DNA of 64,000 bases from an uncultured Gammaproteobacteria bacterium (GCA_964474445.1 CAYYSJ010000007.1:3112-67111); one strand, 5' to 3'. Shown: positions 55,330-64,000, counted from the first letter of the stretch. A program made the numbers and translations. Notes: generated from the sequence alone by a model not told the origin.

Positions 55330-56889
55330 TTAATGATTACTCGCTGCAGTTGTCGCTGTTGCTGCCACAGGTGTGGTTGTGGAAGTAGGGGTTGTATTTG
55401 TTCCTTTCAGTGGAAAAGCTACTTTTACTTTGCTAACTCGTGGAACACGAATAGTGATATCCGTTGCTGTTCCAGTTGTGTCAGTTGGATTTCCATAATA
55501 CCATACAGTAACCATCTGATTTACTGCTAAATCTGCTGAAGAATCAGGTTGACCATTCTTTTGAACGATTGTGTTGCCTGTGAGAGTAAATGTATATGAG
55601 CTCTGGTTCTTTGCTACAACAGTAATTGTTGATCCTTGAATTGCAGTTACCATTCCCGTTCTTGATAGTTTTTTAGGTAGTACTACATCAATAGTTTTTG
55701 CAAGGTAAGTATTTGCTGCAGTTTGAGGAACTGCATATACTCTCACCATTGTTCCATTTTGGATTGCATGAGCAGTCGCATCATCTCTATTGCTATGGAA
55801 CACTGTTTGCATATTCACTTGGATAGTGTAAACTCCCCCAGTTGCTGTCTGCAAGGTAAAACTATCTTGAGCAAAGTTAGCAATTGTTCCTGTTAATGGA
55901 ACAATGAGACTTTGTGGAACACCAATCAGTACCTCTTTTGCAAGAGGGGTTGTTGTTGATGGAGTTGGGGTAGATGTTACACTTGGTGTAGGAGTACCAG
56001 AAGTAGTTGCTGTTTGTCTTGGAAAAACAACATGAACAAATGTACCTACAGCAAGGTTTGTAAATGAGGCAGAACCAGAAGAACCATATTGTTTAAATAC
56101 TGTTGTATTATCTGTTGCAAAGGTAAAGATCTTATTATTTGGAGTCTGCACAGTAAAGTTTGGTGTACTTACTACAGTCACTTGTCCTGAAATTGTTTGG
56201 TTTGCACCTGGCTTGTAGCTAGGTGCATTGGTCAATGCGTTAACAAGTCTATTGATATTTGTTTGAGATTGACGAGTAGTAAAGTTAATTGCATTCTGAA
56301 TTTGCTGTCTTTTTGTTGAATCAACTGTCGTCGTAAGTTCTTTATTGAGTACAGCAAGACGGGTCTGTTCTCTGTCTTTCACAGTATCAATAAGACTTGT
56401 TACTTCTTTTCCTTCTGCAGCTAATTTTTGCGTTGCATTACTTACCGCTTGAATATTTTTATTATAATCAGAGAGCATTTGATCTGTTAAATTTGTGTTA
56501 TTTTTTTGGAGTTCTGCTTTTGCCTCTGATAAACGAACCTGTGCAAAATGCAGTTGCAATTGAGCTCTTTGGTAATCATCAATGGTAAAAAATGTTTGGA
56601 CATTTTCTCCCCACCGTTTAAGAAAGTAAAACGGTGAATCAGGAAGGAGTCCAGGGTTTGAAAGATTATCATAGTTTTGTTGGTTAGGAGTGAGAAGTGT
56701 TGTTTGGGTAGGAGCATCCGTTTGTGAACTTGAACTATCCTGAGCAACAGTTGTTGCTTGAGGAGCATCCTGAGAAGGTGTAACAGTTTGTGCGAAAGAA
56801 AAAGCTGGAGAAACTGTTAAGAGTACCAAACTTGCAAATATGCCAAAAAGACTAATAAAAATTTTTCTCATACTTTTATGATAGAGCAC
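55330..56889 (-). CDS. Secreted Thr/Gln-rich protein with N-terminal helical region and repeated beta domains; hypothetical
   Basis: 519 aa. Signal peptide 'IFISLFGIFASLVLLTVSPAFSFA'. Thr/Pro/Ser-rich linkers. Three related ~100-aa segments ('..TVQTPNNKIFTFATDNTTVF..', '..YTIQVNMQTVFHSN..', '..YTFTLTGNTIVQKNG..'). Confidence 0.4.
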   Translation of the reverse strand: MLYHKSMRKIFISLFGIFASLVLLTVSPAFSFAQTVTPSQDAPQATTVAQDSSSSQTDAPTQTTLLTPNQQNYDNLSNPGLLPDSPFYFLKRWGENVQTFFTIDDYQRAQLQLHFAQVRLSEAKAELQKNNTNLTDQMLSDYNKNIQAVSNATQKLAAEGKEVTSLIDTVKDREQTRLAVLNKELTTTVDSTKRQQIQNAINFTTRQSQTNINRLVNALTNAPSYKPGANQTISGQVTVVSTPNFTVQTPNNKIFTFATDNTTVFKQYGSSGSASFTNLAVGTFVHVVFPRQTATTSGTPTPSVTSTPTPSTTTPLAKEVLIGVPQSLIVPLTGTIANFAQDSFTLQTATGGVYTIQVNMQTVFHSNRDDATAHAIQNGTMVRVYAVPQTAANTYLAKTIDVVLPKKLSRTGMVTAIQGSTITVVAKNQSSYTFTLTGNTIVQKNGQPDSSADLAVNQMVTVWYYGNPTDTTGTATDITIRVPRVSKVKVAFPLKGTNTTPTSTTTPVAATATTAASNH

Positions 56890-56996
56890 CTACTATTATT
56901 GTCAAGGATTATGAACAGAAAATGAAAATATCGAGATATCTTTATCTTTAGAATGAGGATAAATGAGACACAAGCAATGGAATATGCAGGATTTCC

Positions 56997-57404
56997 CTAT
57001 CTGTTTTTAGCCGAGGGTTGTAGCATACCTACAACATTATTTTCACTATCGCGAAAAGAGATATACATTCCTACTTCAGGAATATTCATTTTCTCACCTT
57101 CAACTTTTCCACCTGCTTCTTCAACCGCTTTTATGCTTTCGTCTAAATTATCAACGGAGATAACAAGATGGGGAGATCGGTTAAGATCATCATCTTGATA
57201 ATCAAAAAATCCACCATTTATTGCCCCTGGAGTTTTAACCATCCCTTCTTGGTCAGTTTCAGTCGTATGCGCAAGGACGTAATTTGCCATATCAGGACCC
57301 AACTGTATCATATTCCATCCAAATGCCTTTGAGTAAAATTCGGCAACACGCTTTTTATCCTTTGCAGGCATTTCAAAATGAGTTACTGGATTTGGTTTCG
57401 TCAT
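56997..57404 (-). CDS. VOC family protein (glyoxalase/bleomycin-resistance fold)
   Basis: 135 aa. 'VTHFEMPAKDKKRVAEFYSKAFGWNM' N-terminal VOC signature. Confidence 0.75.
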   Translation of the reverse strand: MTKPNPVTHFEMPAKDKKRVAEFYSKAFGWNMIQLGPDMANYVLAHTTETDQEGMVKTPGAINGGFFDYQDDDLNRSPHLVISVDNLDESIKAVEEAGGKVEGEKMNIPEVGMYISFRDSENNVVGMLQPSAKNR

Positions 57405-57571
57405 AAATTTATTTTAGCAGCTGTTTTCCAAAATACAAGAGTCTTTGTCTGTACTTGCTGCAAAAAAGCATTTCTATCCTCCCCCTCATTATCTAGAAAA
57501 GTTCGAAAATAATAACATTACTTAGTTTGAATTTTACATAGAAGTCTTAACTATGTTATACAATATGAAAG

Positions 57572-57967
57572 ATGAAATTCATTAATAAGGATCAACGAAT
57601 TGACGATTACATTGAGACACTTCCAATTTGGCAACAGGATATTTGTCAAAAAATTCGAGAATTAGTGCATCTTGCAGACCCAGAAATTGTTGAAACAATT
57701 AAGCGAACAAACCAACCATATTTCACTTTAAATGGTAATGTTTGTGCACTTCTTGCTACAAAAGATCACATGAATGTCTTTATTTATGATCCTATTGCTC
57801 CTGACCCAGAAAAAATAATTAATCAGGGTCAAGGTAATTTAACTGCACGAGCAATACAAATCTACCAGAGAGATACAATAAAAGAGAAAGCTTTTATAGA
57901 TCTCATTAAAGCAGTAATCGCAAATAATCGTGCAGGAGGCTGGAGAAAATTACAAAAAAATCGATAG
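57572..57967 (+). CDS. DUF1801 (YdhG-like) domain protein
   Basis: 131 aa. 'IDDYIETLPIWQQDICQKIRELV...PEIVETIKRTNQPYFTLNGNVCAL' matches the DUF1801 pattern. Confidence 0.6.
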   Translation: MKFINKDQRIDDYIETLPIWQQDICQKIRELVHLADPEIVETIKRTNQPYFTLNGNVCALLATKDHMNVFIYDPIAPDPEKIINQGQGNLTARAIQIYQRDTIKEKAFIDLIKAVIANNRAGGWRKLQKNR

Positions 57968-58057
57968 CACTTATTGGATAAGAGTTTTGATATAGTCTAG
58001 TAGTACATACTAAACCGTATTCTTGTCTATATACGTCTCCTTTACTATAATGGGCAT

Positions 58058-58426
58058 ATGTCAGATAAAAAGTTTTCCTCGATTGATGACTACATTCGTA
58101 CTTTTCCTCATGATGTAGTCGCTATTCTTGAAAAGATAAGACAAACAATTCGCAAAGCAGTACCAGACGCCGTAGAAACGATTAGCTATAATATGCCAAC
58201 CTTTGATTTGGAAGGTGAACATTTAGTCTTTTTTGCTGGATGGAAAAATTATGTTTCACTTTATCCCTTACCAGCAGGAGATAGTGCTTTCCAACAAAAA
58301 GTAGCACCCTACAAAAAAGAAAAAAGCACACTACGGTTTCCACTTAATGAACCTATCCCTTACGACCTCATAGAAGAAATTGTTACTCTCTTAATCAAAG
58401 AAAGGCAAACAGTTCTACAGATATAA
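58058..58426 (+). CDS. DUF1801 (YdhG-like) domain protein, tandem paralog
   Basis: 122 aa. 'IDDYIRTFPHDVVAILEKIRQTI...VETISYNMPTFDLEGEHLVFFAGWKNYVSLYP'. Confidence 0.6.
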   Translation: MSDKKFSSIDDYIRTFPHDVVAILEKIRQTIRKAVPDAVETISYNMPTFDLEGEHLVFFAGWKNYVSLYPLPAGDSAFQQKVAPYKKEKSTLRFPLNEPIPYDLIEEIVTLLIKERQTVLQI

Positions 58427-58562
58427 ACCCATAAAAATATATTGACACAGGTTAGTAATCCTTCTGATGCCAATGCTCTTCTTGTCAAAGAGCGAGATTG
58501 GCAATATATGCATTTGCTTGAGTTAGGGGAAAAATTATAATGTAACGTGTATACTATACATA

Positions 58563-59417
58563 ATGGGAAAAAACTACACGATACTTTATCTACTTATCGC
58601 TGCCCTTCTTTTAACTATTTTCTTCATAAGACCAGCAACCCATCCACTCCCTAAAATTTCAACGCCAACTCCCATACCAACTGCTACCCCAACCCCATTT
58701 ATCTTTACATCATATACCTTGCCTGTCATTGAAAGAAAAGACGTATATAAAATTGTTATGGTTGGTGATTCAATGACAGCTGCATTAGGCCCGCACGGAG
58801 GAGGTTTGAGTGAATATATGAATTCATTATATAAAAAGAACCCACAAGACCCTCAAAGGATTATCATTGATAATTATGCGAAATCAAGCAATATTTTAGC
58901 TATAAATGATGAGTTAACAAAAAAAATTACTATTAGTGAATACACCTTTGGACCATTACTTTCTGATAATTTTGATCTGATTCTTGTTGAATCATTTGGC
59001 TACAATCCCTTATCACAATTTGGACTAGAGGAGGGTTTAAAACAACAAAACATTGCATTAGATAAACTCATGCAAACGTTGATGACAACGCACCCCCACG
59101 CCGACATTGTATTTGTTGCAACTATTGCACCCAATCAGACAAACTATGCAAAAGGAGTACAACCAAATTATTCGCCAACAGATAGGGCAAATTTAGCACA
59201 GGAACGTATGACATATATTAAAAATCATATTGACTATGCAAAAAAACATTCTATACCACTTATTAATATTTATGAAAAATCATTAACAAAAGAGGGAGAA
59301 GGGAATATGCTCTATATTAATCAAACCGACGATATTCATCCTTCTTTTGTGGGAGTTGATTTTATTGGGCACGAAATTGGAAATTTTATCTCTGATAATA
59401 AAATGCTACAACAATGA
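58563..59417 (+). CDS. Membrane-anchored SGNH/GDSL-type hydrolase (putative)
   Basis: 284 aa. N-terminal TM anchor, Pro/Thr linker, then 'KIVMVGDSMTAAL' GDS(L)-like block. Confidence 0.45.
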   Translation: MGKNYTILYLLIAALLLTIFFIRPATHPLPKISTPTPIPTATPTPFIFTSYTLPVIERKDVYKIVMVGDSMTAALGPHGGGLSEYMNSLYKKNPQDPQRIIIDNYAKSSNILAINDELTKKITISEYTFGPLLSDNFDLILVESFGYNPLSQFGLEEGLKQQNIALDKLMQTLMTTHPHADIVFVATIAPNQTNYAKGVQPNYSPTDRANLAQERMTYIKNHIDYAKKHSIPLINIYEKSLTKEGEGNMLYINQTDDIHPSFVGVDFIGHEIGNFISDNKMLQQ

Positions 59418-59552
59418 AGATATCTTAATGTGCTGGGGAACCAAAACGACTGCTTTGATCTGTAATGTAACAGGTCCAGAAACTCAGTCAGGGCATTAGA
59501 ACGATTCGCAATAAAAGGAATTAGGACCTGCTCTTGAGGTTATAATAAAGTT

Positions 59553-60179
59553 ATGAAGAAATTTCTAATCATTCTTTCGATAATTGCTACATTTGTCCTG
59601 CTTTCATATGCTGCATTGCTAATCTATATTGGCAACAAGGCAAAACAAGATACGAAAGTGAAATCAGATGTTATCCTAGTCTTGGGTGAAGGAGCCTATG
59701 GGGGTACTTCCTGCTACGGTCCCATATGCCAGCATGGCTTTGTCCCACATCCTCAATATAGTCCTTGTCTGGTCGCCCGAATAAATCAAGCAGTTTCTCT
59801 TTACAAAAACCATTATGCTCCAAAAATTCTTATGTCTGGGGGAACCGATAAAGAAGATCATGTAAATGAATCTGAAACCATGAAAAAAATCGCTATCGAA
59901 TCCGGTGTTCCCCAAGGGGATATTTTAATGGAAAAAGAATCAACTTCAACTTATGAAAACTTGCTACTCTCTCAAAAAATACTTAATAAAGTCGGTTTAC
60001 ATTCAGTCATCATAATTACGGACCCTTATACTAACGCCAGAGCTGGACTTGTGGCCTCAAAATTACGTTATAAATACTCTTTGTCTCCTGCTATAAATAC
60101 TCCCTGTTCGCATCCAAATGAATATTTTCACAGAGAACCTTTAGCAATAATTGCCTATATACTCTTAGGTAAAATATAA
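59553..60179 (+). CDS. DUF218 (YdcF/ElyC/SanA-like) domain protein
   Basis: 208 aa. N-terminal TM anchor. 'DVILVLGEG' and 'KILMSGGT' motifs of DUF218. Confidence 0.7.
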   Translation: MKKFLIILSIIATFVLLSYAALLIYIGNKAKQDTKVKSDVILVLGEGAYGGTSCYGPICQHGFVPHPQYSPCLVARINQAVSLYKNHYAPKILMSGGTDKEDHVNESETMKKIAIESGVPQGDILMEKESTSTYENLLLSQKILNKVGLHSVIIITDPYTNARAGLVASKLRYKYSLSPAINTPCSHPNEYFHREPLAIIAYILLGKI

Positions 60180-60395
60180 AAGCATTCATCAACCTAAACT
60201 AGAATTTCAAGCTAAAATTAGTATATCCGCACCCTTTGATCAAAGAGGATTGGTTTGGTGTTTCACACTTTACTGCATGGTTTTAGTAATGTTCAGGAGT
60301 GCATTTTTGCGATCCAAATGTTTTGAAGAAGAATGATGGGTTTATAAAACCTTTACAAACGAAATGGACACCCCGGTCAGTTAGGGGTACCCGTC

Positions 60396-60430
60396 TTGGC
60401 TGGCGGATATCAACGCTATTCGAACTTTTT
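60396..60430. repeat. Intergenic ~35-nt motif, copy 1 (TTGGCTGGCGGATATCAACGCTATTCGAACTTTTT)
   Basis: 30/35 identical to copy 4 and clearly related to copies 2 and 3; lies ~100 nt upstream of the ArsR-like gene 60537. Confidence 0.6.
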
Positions 60431-60536
60431 GGCAAACCTCACGAGAACAACTTTACATTCCTAACTATCTATAATTAACTAAACTTATTGACAGAAGTAA
60501 ATTATTCAAATATACTTAACTTATAAGTTAAGTATT

Positions 60537-60902
60537 ATGCCCAACTCCCATATACCACATGATTTAGATAAAGTTTTTGAATCTCTTGCCAACCAACACA
60601 GGAGAGAAATTGTTTACGTTTTAGGCTTACAACCATATTCAATAAGCCAGTTAGCTTCTATGCGAAACCTTTCCCTTCCTGCAATTCATAAGCATATAAA
60701 AATACTTGAAGACGCGGATATGATAGTCCGTAAGAAAATCGGAAAAAGTAATGTACTTACCCTCAACCGAGAATCATTACGAGAGCTTCAGGATTGGCTT
60801 ATGCAATATCATGCTTACTGGGGTAACAGCAAAGAGACATTAGAGAATTATGCTAAACATTTAGAGCAAGCAAAACGTCGAAAGGAGGTGAAGAAAAAAT
60901 GA
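60537..60902 (+). CDS. ArsR-like winged-helix transcriptional regulator
   Basis: 121 aa. 'HRREIVYVLGLQPYSISQLASMRNLSLPAIHKHIKILEDADMIVRKKIGKSNVLTL' HTH_20/ArsR-type wHTH. Overlaps the next gene by 4 nt. Confidence 0.65.
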   Translation: MPNSHIPHDLDKVFESLANQHRREIVYVLGLQPYSISQLASMRNLSLPAIHKHIKILEDADMIVRKKIGKSNVLTLNRESLRELQDWLMQYHAYWGNSKETLENYAKHLEQAKRRKEVKKK

Positions 60903-61228
60903 AAAAATTTGTACTCATCTTCTATGGCAAAGTTAGACCAGAAGATATAAGTAAAGAAGAAATGAAAAGTACAATGGACAAGTGGATGGCCTGGTTTGAC
61001 ACATTCAAAGATAATATGATCGACGGAGGTAATCCATTTGCTGCTGGCGCAAAGTCTGTGACAGCAAAAGGCGTTGAAACGATTCCAGCAGATATGTGGC
61101 CTGCTCAAGGTTACACTATTATTAATGCAAAAGACATGGATGAAGCGACAGAAATTGCTAAAGGGTGCCCTGCACTTGAAAATGATAATGAAGGAGCCGT
61201 ACGTGTCTATGAAGCACAGGTAATGTAA
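60899..61228 (+). CDS. YCII-related/DGPF-like small protein (putative)
   Basis: 109 aa. 'KKFVLIFYGK...STMDKWMAWFDTF' resembles the YciI-like family often paired with ArsR-type regulators. Assignment is tentative. Confidence 0.4.
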   Translation: MKKFVLIFYGKVRPEDISKEEMKSTMDKWMAWFDTFKDNMIDGGNPFAAGAKSVTAKGVETIPADMWPAQGYTIINAKDMDEATEIAKGCPALENDNEGAVRVYEAQVM

Positions 61229-61241
61229 ACAGTTTATTTAT

Positions 61242-61276
61242 GAAGAGGTATCCTATCTCGGGATACCTCTTCTTTG
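61242..61276 (+). terminator. Hairpin terminator after the YCII-like gene
   Basis: Perfect 12-bp stem GAAGAGGTATCC/GGATACCTCTTC with 7-nt loop, followed by TTTG. Confidence 0.5.
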
Positions 61277-61306
61277 TGAGCGAAAGGTTCGAATCCGAGT
61301 TTGTCT

Positions 61307-61342
61307 ATTTGCTGCGGATACTATAGCACATTAGAACTACTC
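61307..61342. repeat. Intergenic ~35-nt motif, copy 2 (ATTTGCTGCGGATACTATAGCACATTAGAACTACTC), preceded by AGGTTCGAATCC box at 61285-61296
   Basis: Shares TTGCTG(G)CGGATA...GC.(C/T)ATT.GAAC core with the other copies; ~60 nt upstream of the ADH gene. Confidence 0.55.
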
Positions 61343-61400
61343 TAACCTTACAAAACTTCATATCCATATAATTTTAACTTTGATATAATCAAAATATAGT

Positions 61401-62411
61401 ATGAAAATTAACACATATGCTGCATATGCCCCAAAAGAAGAATTAAAAAGTTTTTCCTATGAAAGAACTCCCAGAGAAAATGAAATAGTCGTGTCTATAA
61501 ACTCATGTAGTTTAACCAGAGGGGATATTAGGTTTATTGATAATTACTGGAATGATACTCAGTATCCCATGGTACCAGGTCTTGAGATAGTCGGAAGAGT
61601 TACTGAGATTGGTAAAGATGTGAAAGAAATTAAAATAGGAGACGTAGTTGGGATTGGTTACCAAATAGAATCATGTTTTACATGTGAATATTGTTTGGTT
61701 GGAAAAGAACAGTTTTGTCTCAAGCAAAAACTTATTCCTGTTCATGGGTATGGAGGATTGGCAGACACTATAATAGTTGATTATAGATTTGCTTTTAGGA
61801 TGCCAGAAAATTTACAATCTCCTGAGTCAACGCCACTTCTATGTGCTGGTCTCACACCGTATGCAGCAATTAAAAAATGCAATGTAAAATCTGGCATGAA
61901 TGTAGGTGTTATAGGAATTGGTAGTCTTGGGCACTTTGCAATTCAATTCCTAAGCAAAATGGGATGCAAGGTAACAGCCTTTTCTCACACAATGGATAAA
62001 TCAGAAGACCTTAAAAAATTAGGTGCGAGTAGTATTATTCTTTCAACTGATGAACACGCATTGCAAAAATTGGAAAGACAATATGATTTCATCATTTCAA
62101 CATCAGCTGGTAATTTATCCTGGGAAAAATTTATTAAGATACTCAAGCCAGAAGGTATTTTGTGCTTTGTAGGATTACCTCCAGAACCCATTTCTTTCAA
62201 AGCGGAGTTACTCGCTGACTTTGCACAAAAGAGTATCGTAGGTAATTACATAGGTAGCAGAGAAGACATGAAAGATATGCTTACCTTTGCTTCGAAACAT
62301 AGCATTAAATCCATGGCTGAAATATTCCCAATGGAAAAAGTTAATGATGCTATTGCAAAAATGAGAAAATATGAAATCCCATTTAGCTTAGTTCTCACAA
62401 GAGACTCCTAG
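61401..62411 (+). CDS. Zinc-dependent alcohol dehydrogenase (MDR superfamily, CAD-like)
   Basis: 336 aa. Catalytic-Zn ligand region 'GDIRFID...', structural-Zn motif 'CFTCEYC..GKEQFC', Rossmann 'GVIGIGSLGH'. Confidence 0.85.
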   Translation: MKINTYAAYAPKEELKSFSYERTPRENEIVVSINSCSLTRGDIRFIDNYWNDTQYPMVPGLEIVGRVTEIGKDVKEIKIGDVVGIGYQIESCFTCEYCLVGKEQFCLKQKLIPVHGYGGLADTIIVDYRFAFRMPENLQSPESTPLLCAGLTPYAAIKKCNVKSGMNVGVIGIGSLGHFAIQFLSKMGCKVTAFSHTMDKSEDLKKLGASSIILSTDEHALQKLERQYDFIISTSAGNLSWEKFIKILKPEGILCFVGLPPEPISFKAELLADFAQKSIVGNYIGSREDMKDMLTFASKHSIKSMAEIFPMEKVNDAIAKMRKYEIPFSLVLTRDS

Positions 62412-62438
62412 ATAGGTTCGAATCCACGAGGCTGAAGA

Positions 62439-62474
62439 TTTTGCTGGGGATAATGGAGTACAGTAGAACCACTC
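62439..62474. repeat. Intergenic ~35-nt motif, copy 3 (TTTTGCTGGGGATAATGGAGTACAGTAGAACCACTC), preceded by AGGTTCGAATCC box at 62414-62425
   Basis: Same core as the other copies; box 1 overlaps the ADH stop codon. Confidence 0.55.
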
Positions 62475-62537
62475 TTGCCTCCAATTCTAGTCAAACAAAT
62501 TAGTTCTCTGCGGAATTTTTCATGATATAATACTCTC

Positions 62538-62607
62538 GATGCGGTCGCCGAGTTGTCAGGCATCTGTCCGCAAGACAGAGGACACAGGTTCAGCGCCTGT
62601 CCGCATC
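62538..62607 (+). ncRNA. GC-rich tRNA-like/structured leader element (candidate cis-regulatory RNA)
   Basis: 70-nt GC-rich island in an AT-rich genome, directly after a TATAAT box (62524-62529). Outer 7-bp stem GATGCGG/CCGCATC. Internal hairpins CTGTC-CGCAA-GACAG and ACAGG-TTCAGCG-CCTGT (T-arm-like). Direct repeat CTGTCCGCA occurs twice. Confidence 0.4.
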
Positions 62608-62616
62608 TCAAGTTTT

Positions 62617-63594
62617 ATGACACCACAAGAATATATTCTTTCAACACTAGAAGCACTAAAAGCCCCTGTCCAAATAGAAGATATTGGCAATACTTCCTTT
62701 GAGGATGCAATTTATTCGAAAGTTATGTCGAAAAAATTTCGTAAACTCAAACCAGGCGAAGATGCAGTAAGACTTACCAAACAAGCAATCCAACGTCTCG
62801 TTAAAGACAATAAGCCAATCAGAATTTTTGAGATGTTTGGCGGTAACAAACTTTGGCGATTTGAAGAAGCACCTGAAATTGACTGGGCAGAACTTTTTAG
62901 CTTTACCTACTTTGCACAATGGGCAAGACTTATTGCAAGCGTGTATAAACCAGGAGTCATTTTTGAATATTTTTCTCAGGATATTTCTGTTGAAAGACTT
63001 AATAATATTCCACGAATTGAAACAGATAAATATAGCGAAACATTTCGCTCAATGCTTAAGTTTGTTAAACCATATCTACCAGAAAATGTACAATTTATTT
63101 ATACCCGTCATTATGATTTATTTAAAAACCCTAACGATTACTATAAAGAGATAGAGGAAGCTAAGCAAGAACTTCTTAAACAGAATAATGGCAAACTTCC
63201 AGAAATGACAGACGCTATGAAAGCTGCAACTGAATTAAACGTAAAATTAAAGCCTGGACAAAACAATGATCCACAATGGCGGGAAAAGGTCGAATTGGAA
63301 CATCAAGCAATCTTTATAACACCAACTTTAAAGAAAGTTTCTGATGATCCAGCGAAGATTTGGACATGCCCCACATATTATTCTGATTCTGTAGTAACAG
63401 GAAGCACCAAAAGATCTTATGCCAAATTTTGGGCAGGCATTGGTGCGTTACAAAAAGAAGGAAATAGTTTTGCAGAGTTAGTTTTAACTCCTAGACAGTT
63501 AGAATCTGCAGAATTTGATTGGGAAGAAGTTAGTATACCAGGACTTGAAGGTAAAAATTTTAAAAGAGTACGGATGTTAAAAAAGCCTCTATAA
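62617..63594 (+). CDS. Hypothetical protein (no recognised domain)
   Basis: Track ORF 62539..63594. I prefer the start at 'MTPQEYIL' (62617) because the first 26 codons coincide with the structured GC-rich leader. No motif recognised. Confidence 0.4.
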   Translation: MTPQEYILSTLEALKAPVQIEDIGNTSFEDAIYSKVMSKKFRKLKPGEDAVRLTKQAIQRLVKDNKPIRIFEMFGGNKLWRFEEAPEIDWAELFSFTYFAQWARLIASVYKPGVIFEYFSQDISVERLNNIPRIETDKYSETFRSMLKFVKPYLPENVQFIYTRHYDLFKNPNDYYKEIEEAKQELLKQNNGKLPEMTDAMKAATELNVKLKPGQNNDPQWREKVELEHQAIFITPTLKKVSDDPAKIWTCPTYYSDSVVTGSTKRSYAKFWAGIGALQKEGNSFAELVLTPRQLESAEFDWEEVSIPGLEGKNFKRVRMLKKPL

Positions 63595-63662
63595 ATTTAC
63601 CTCAGGTTCTAACCAGTCTATGAAAGGTACTTGAGATTAGGCTGTCTTATTAGACTAAATTC

Positions 63663-63697
63663 AATTGCTGGCGGACATAGATGCTATTCGAACTTTT
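63663..63697. repeat. Intergenic ~35-nt motif, copy 4 (ATTGCTGGCGGACATAGATGCTATTCGAACTTTTT)
   Basis: 30/35 identical to copy 1; lies in the convergent spacer between 62617..63594(+) and the partial HAD gene(-). Confidence 0.6.
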
Positions 63698-63738
63698 TAT
63701 ATAACTACTCAAGAGCAATTCTATATACCGAATTATGT

Positions 63739-64000
63739 TTAATTAATGTTTTTTAAATCTTCTTGTGTGCTAATAAAACCAGCAATTGGAGTGTCAGTAA
63801 ATTCATCTTTACTATTGAACCCATTTATTAAAACGAAACAACTCATATTTGCGTTGAGTGCCGACTGTACCCCAACCATTGTATCCTCAATAACAACACA
63901 TTCTGATGGTTCTACTTGTAGTTCTTCTGCAGATTTGAGGTATATCTCTGGGTCAGGTTTATGATGAGCTACATCTTCCTTGCAAATTATTGATTTGAAT
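63739..64000 (-). CDS. HAD-superfamily hydrolase (beta-phosphoglucomutase-like), C-terminal part; 5' end beyond window
   Basis: Minus-strand translation '...KEDVAHHKPDPEIYLKSAEELQVEPSECVVIEDTMVGVQSALNANMSCFVLINGF...' ends at TAA 63739-63741. The KPDPE and (I)EDT..G motifs are HAD motifs III/IV. Confidence 0.6.
   Translation of the reverse strand, partial: FKSIICKEDVAHHKPDPEIYLKSAEELQVEPSECVVIEDTMVGVQSALNANMSCFVLINGFNSKDEFTDTPIAGFISTQEDLKNIN

Noticed and set aside
61285-62425. GGTTCGAATCC boxes as tRNA genes or tRNA 3' fragments marking an integration site
   Set aside because: The flanks do not form T-stems or acceptor stems, no cloverleaf can be drawn, and no integrase or recombinase gene is nearby. 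I kept them only as part of the intergenic repeat family.
1-64000. Alternative genetic code (UGA as Gly, code 25) suggested by the in-frame TGA at 31880
   Set aside because: TGA serves as the stop at the ATGA overlap junctions (27000, 23835), and more than 50 long ORFs are intact under the standard stop set, so genome-wide recoding is very unlikely.
1-64000. CRISPR arrays, integrases, transposases, phage structural genes
   Set aside because: No regularly spaced short direct repeats of CRISPR type. No tyrosine/serine recombinase or DDE transposase motifs were recognised in any frame. The only tandem repeats are protein-coding and sit inside the giant surface-protein gene.

Overview
This is an AT-rich (roughly 35% GC), gene-dense bacterial chromosomal window with many overlapping stop/start junctions. 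I called about 60 features. Standard genetic code: TGA is used as a stop (27000, 23835), though those two junctions are not decisive on their own, and all long ORFs are intact, which argues against UGA recoding. Gene content suggests a monoderm or CPR/Patescibacteria-like organism: sortase, LCP proteins, a PMT/ArnT-like GT-C, giant surface proteins and no obvious LPS genes. Taxonomy cannot be settled from sequence alone. Housekeeping genes include Lon, RarA, Fe/Mn SOD, a NUDIX hydrolase and a two-component system. Two blocks carry the main interest. (1) A co-directional operon at 19.1-29.6 kb encodes a complete ADP-heptose pathway (GmhA as a GT4-SIS fusion, bifunctional HldE, GmhB) interleaved with three GT9 heptosyltransferases, GT4/GT2 enzymes, an SDR and an FNR-like reductase. 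One GT9 has a C-terminal Cys4 tail reminiscent of the iron-finger of autotransporter heptosyltransferases. A 1314-aa Thr/Gly/Asn-rich beta-helix-like surface protein elsewhere in the window is a plausible substrate. (2) A magnesium-homeostasis module has three Nramp-family paralogs whose canonical Mn-site motifs (DPGN, MPH) are replaced, i.e. they look like Nramp-related Mg2+ transporters (NRMT). One pair sits behind a strong sigma70 promoter plus an apparent M-box (ykoK) Mg2+ riboswitch. The third is translationally coupled to a stand-alone PRC/MgtE_N/CBS cytosolic sensor protein, a split MgtE-sensor plus Nramp-pore arrangement. Other items: a dual GT2 fusion next to a GT-C enzyme; a 50-aa secreted peptide plus hairpin upstream of a sortase; a recent 495-bp tandem duplication inside the giant protein gene; a four-copy ~35-nt intergenic motif family at 60.4-63.7 kb; and a GC-rich tRNA-like leader element. 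No CRISPR arrays, integrases or transposases were recognised.
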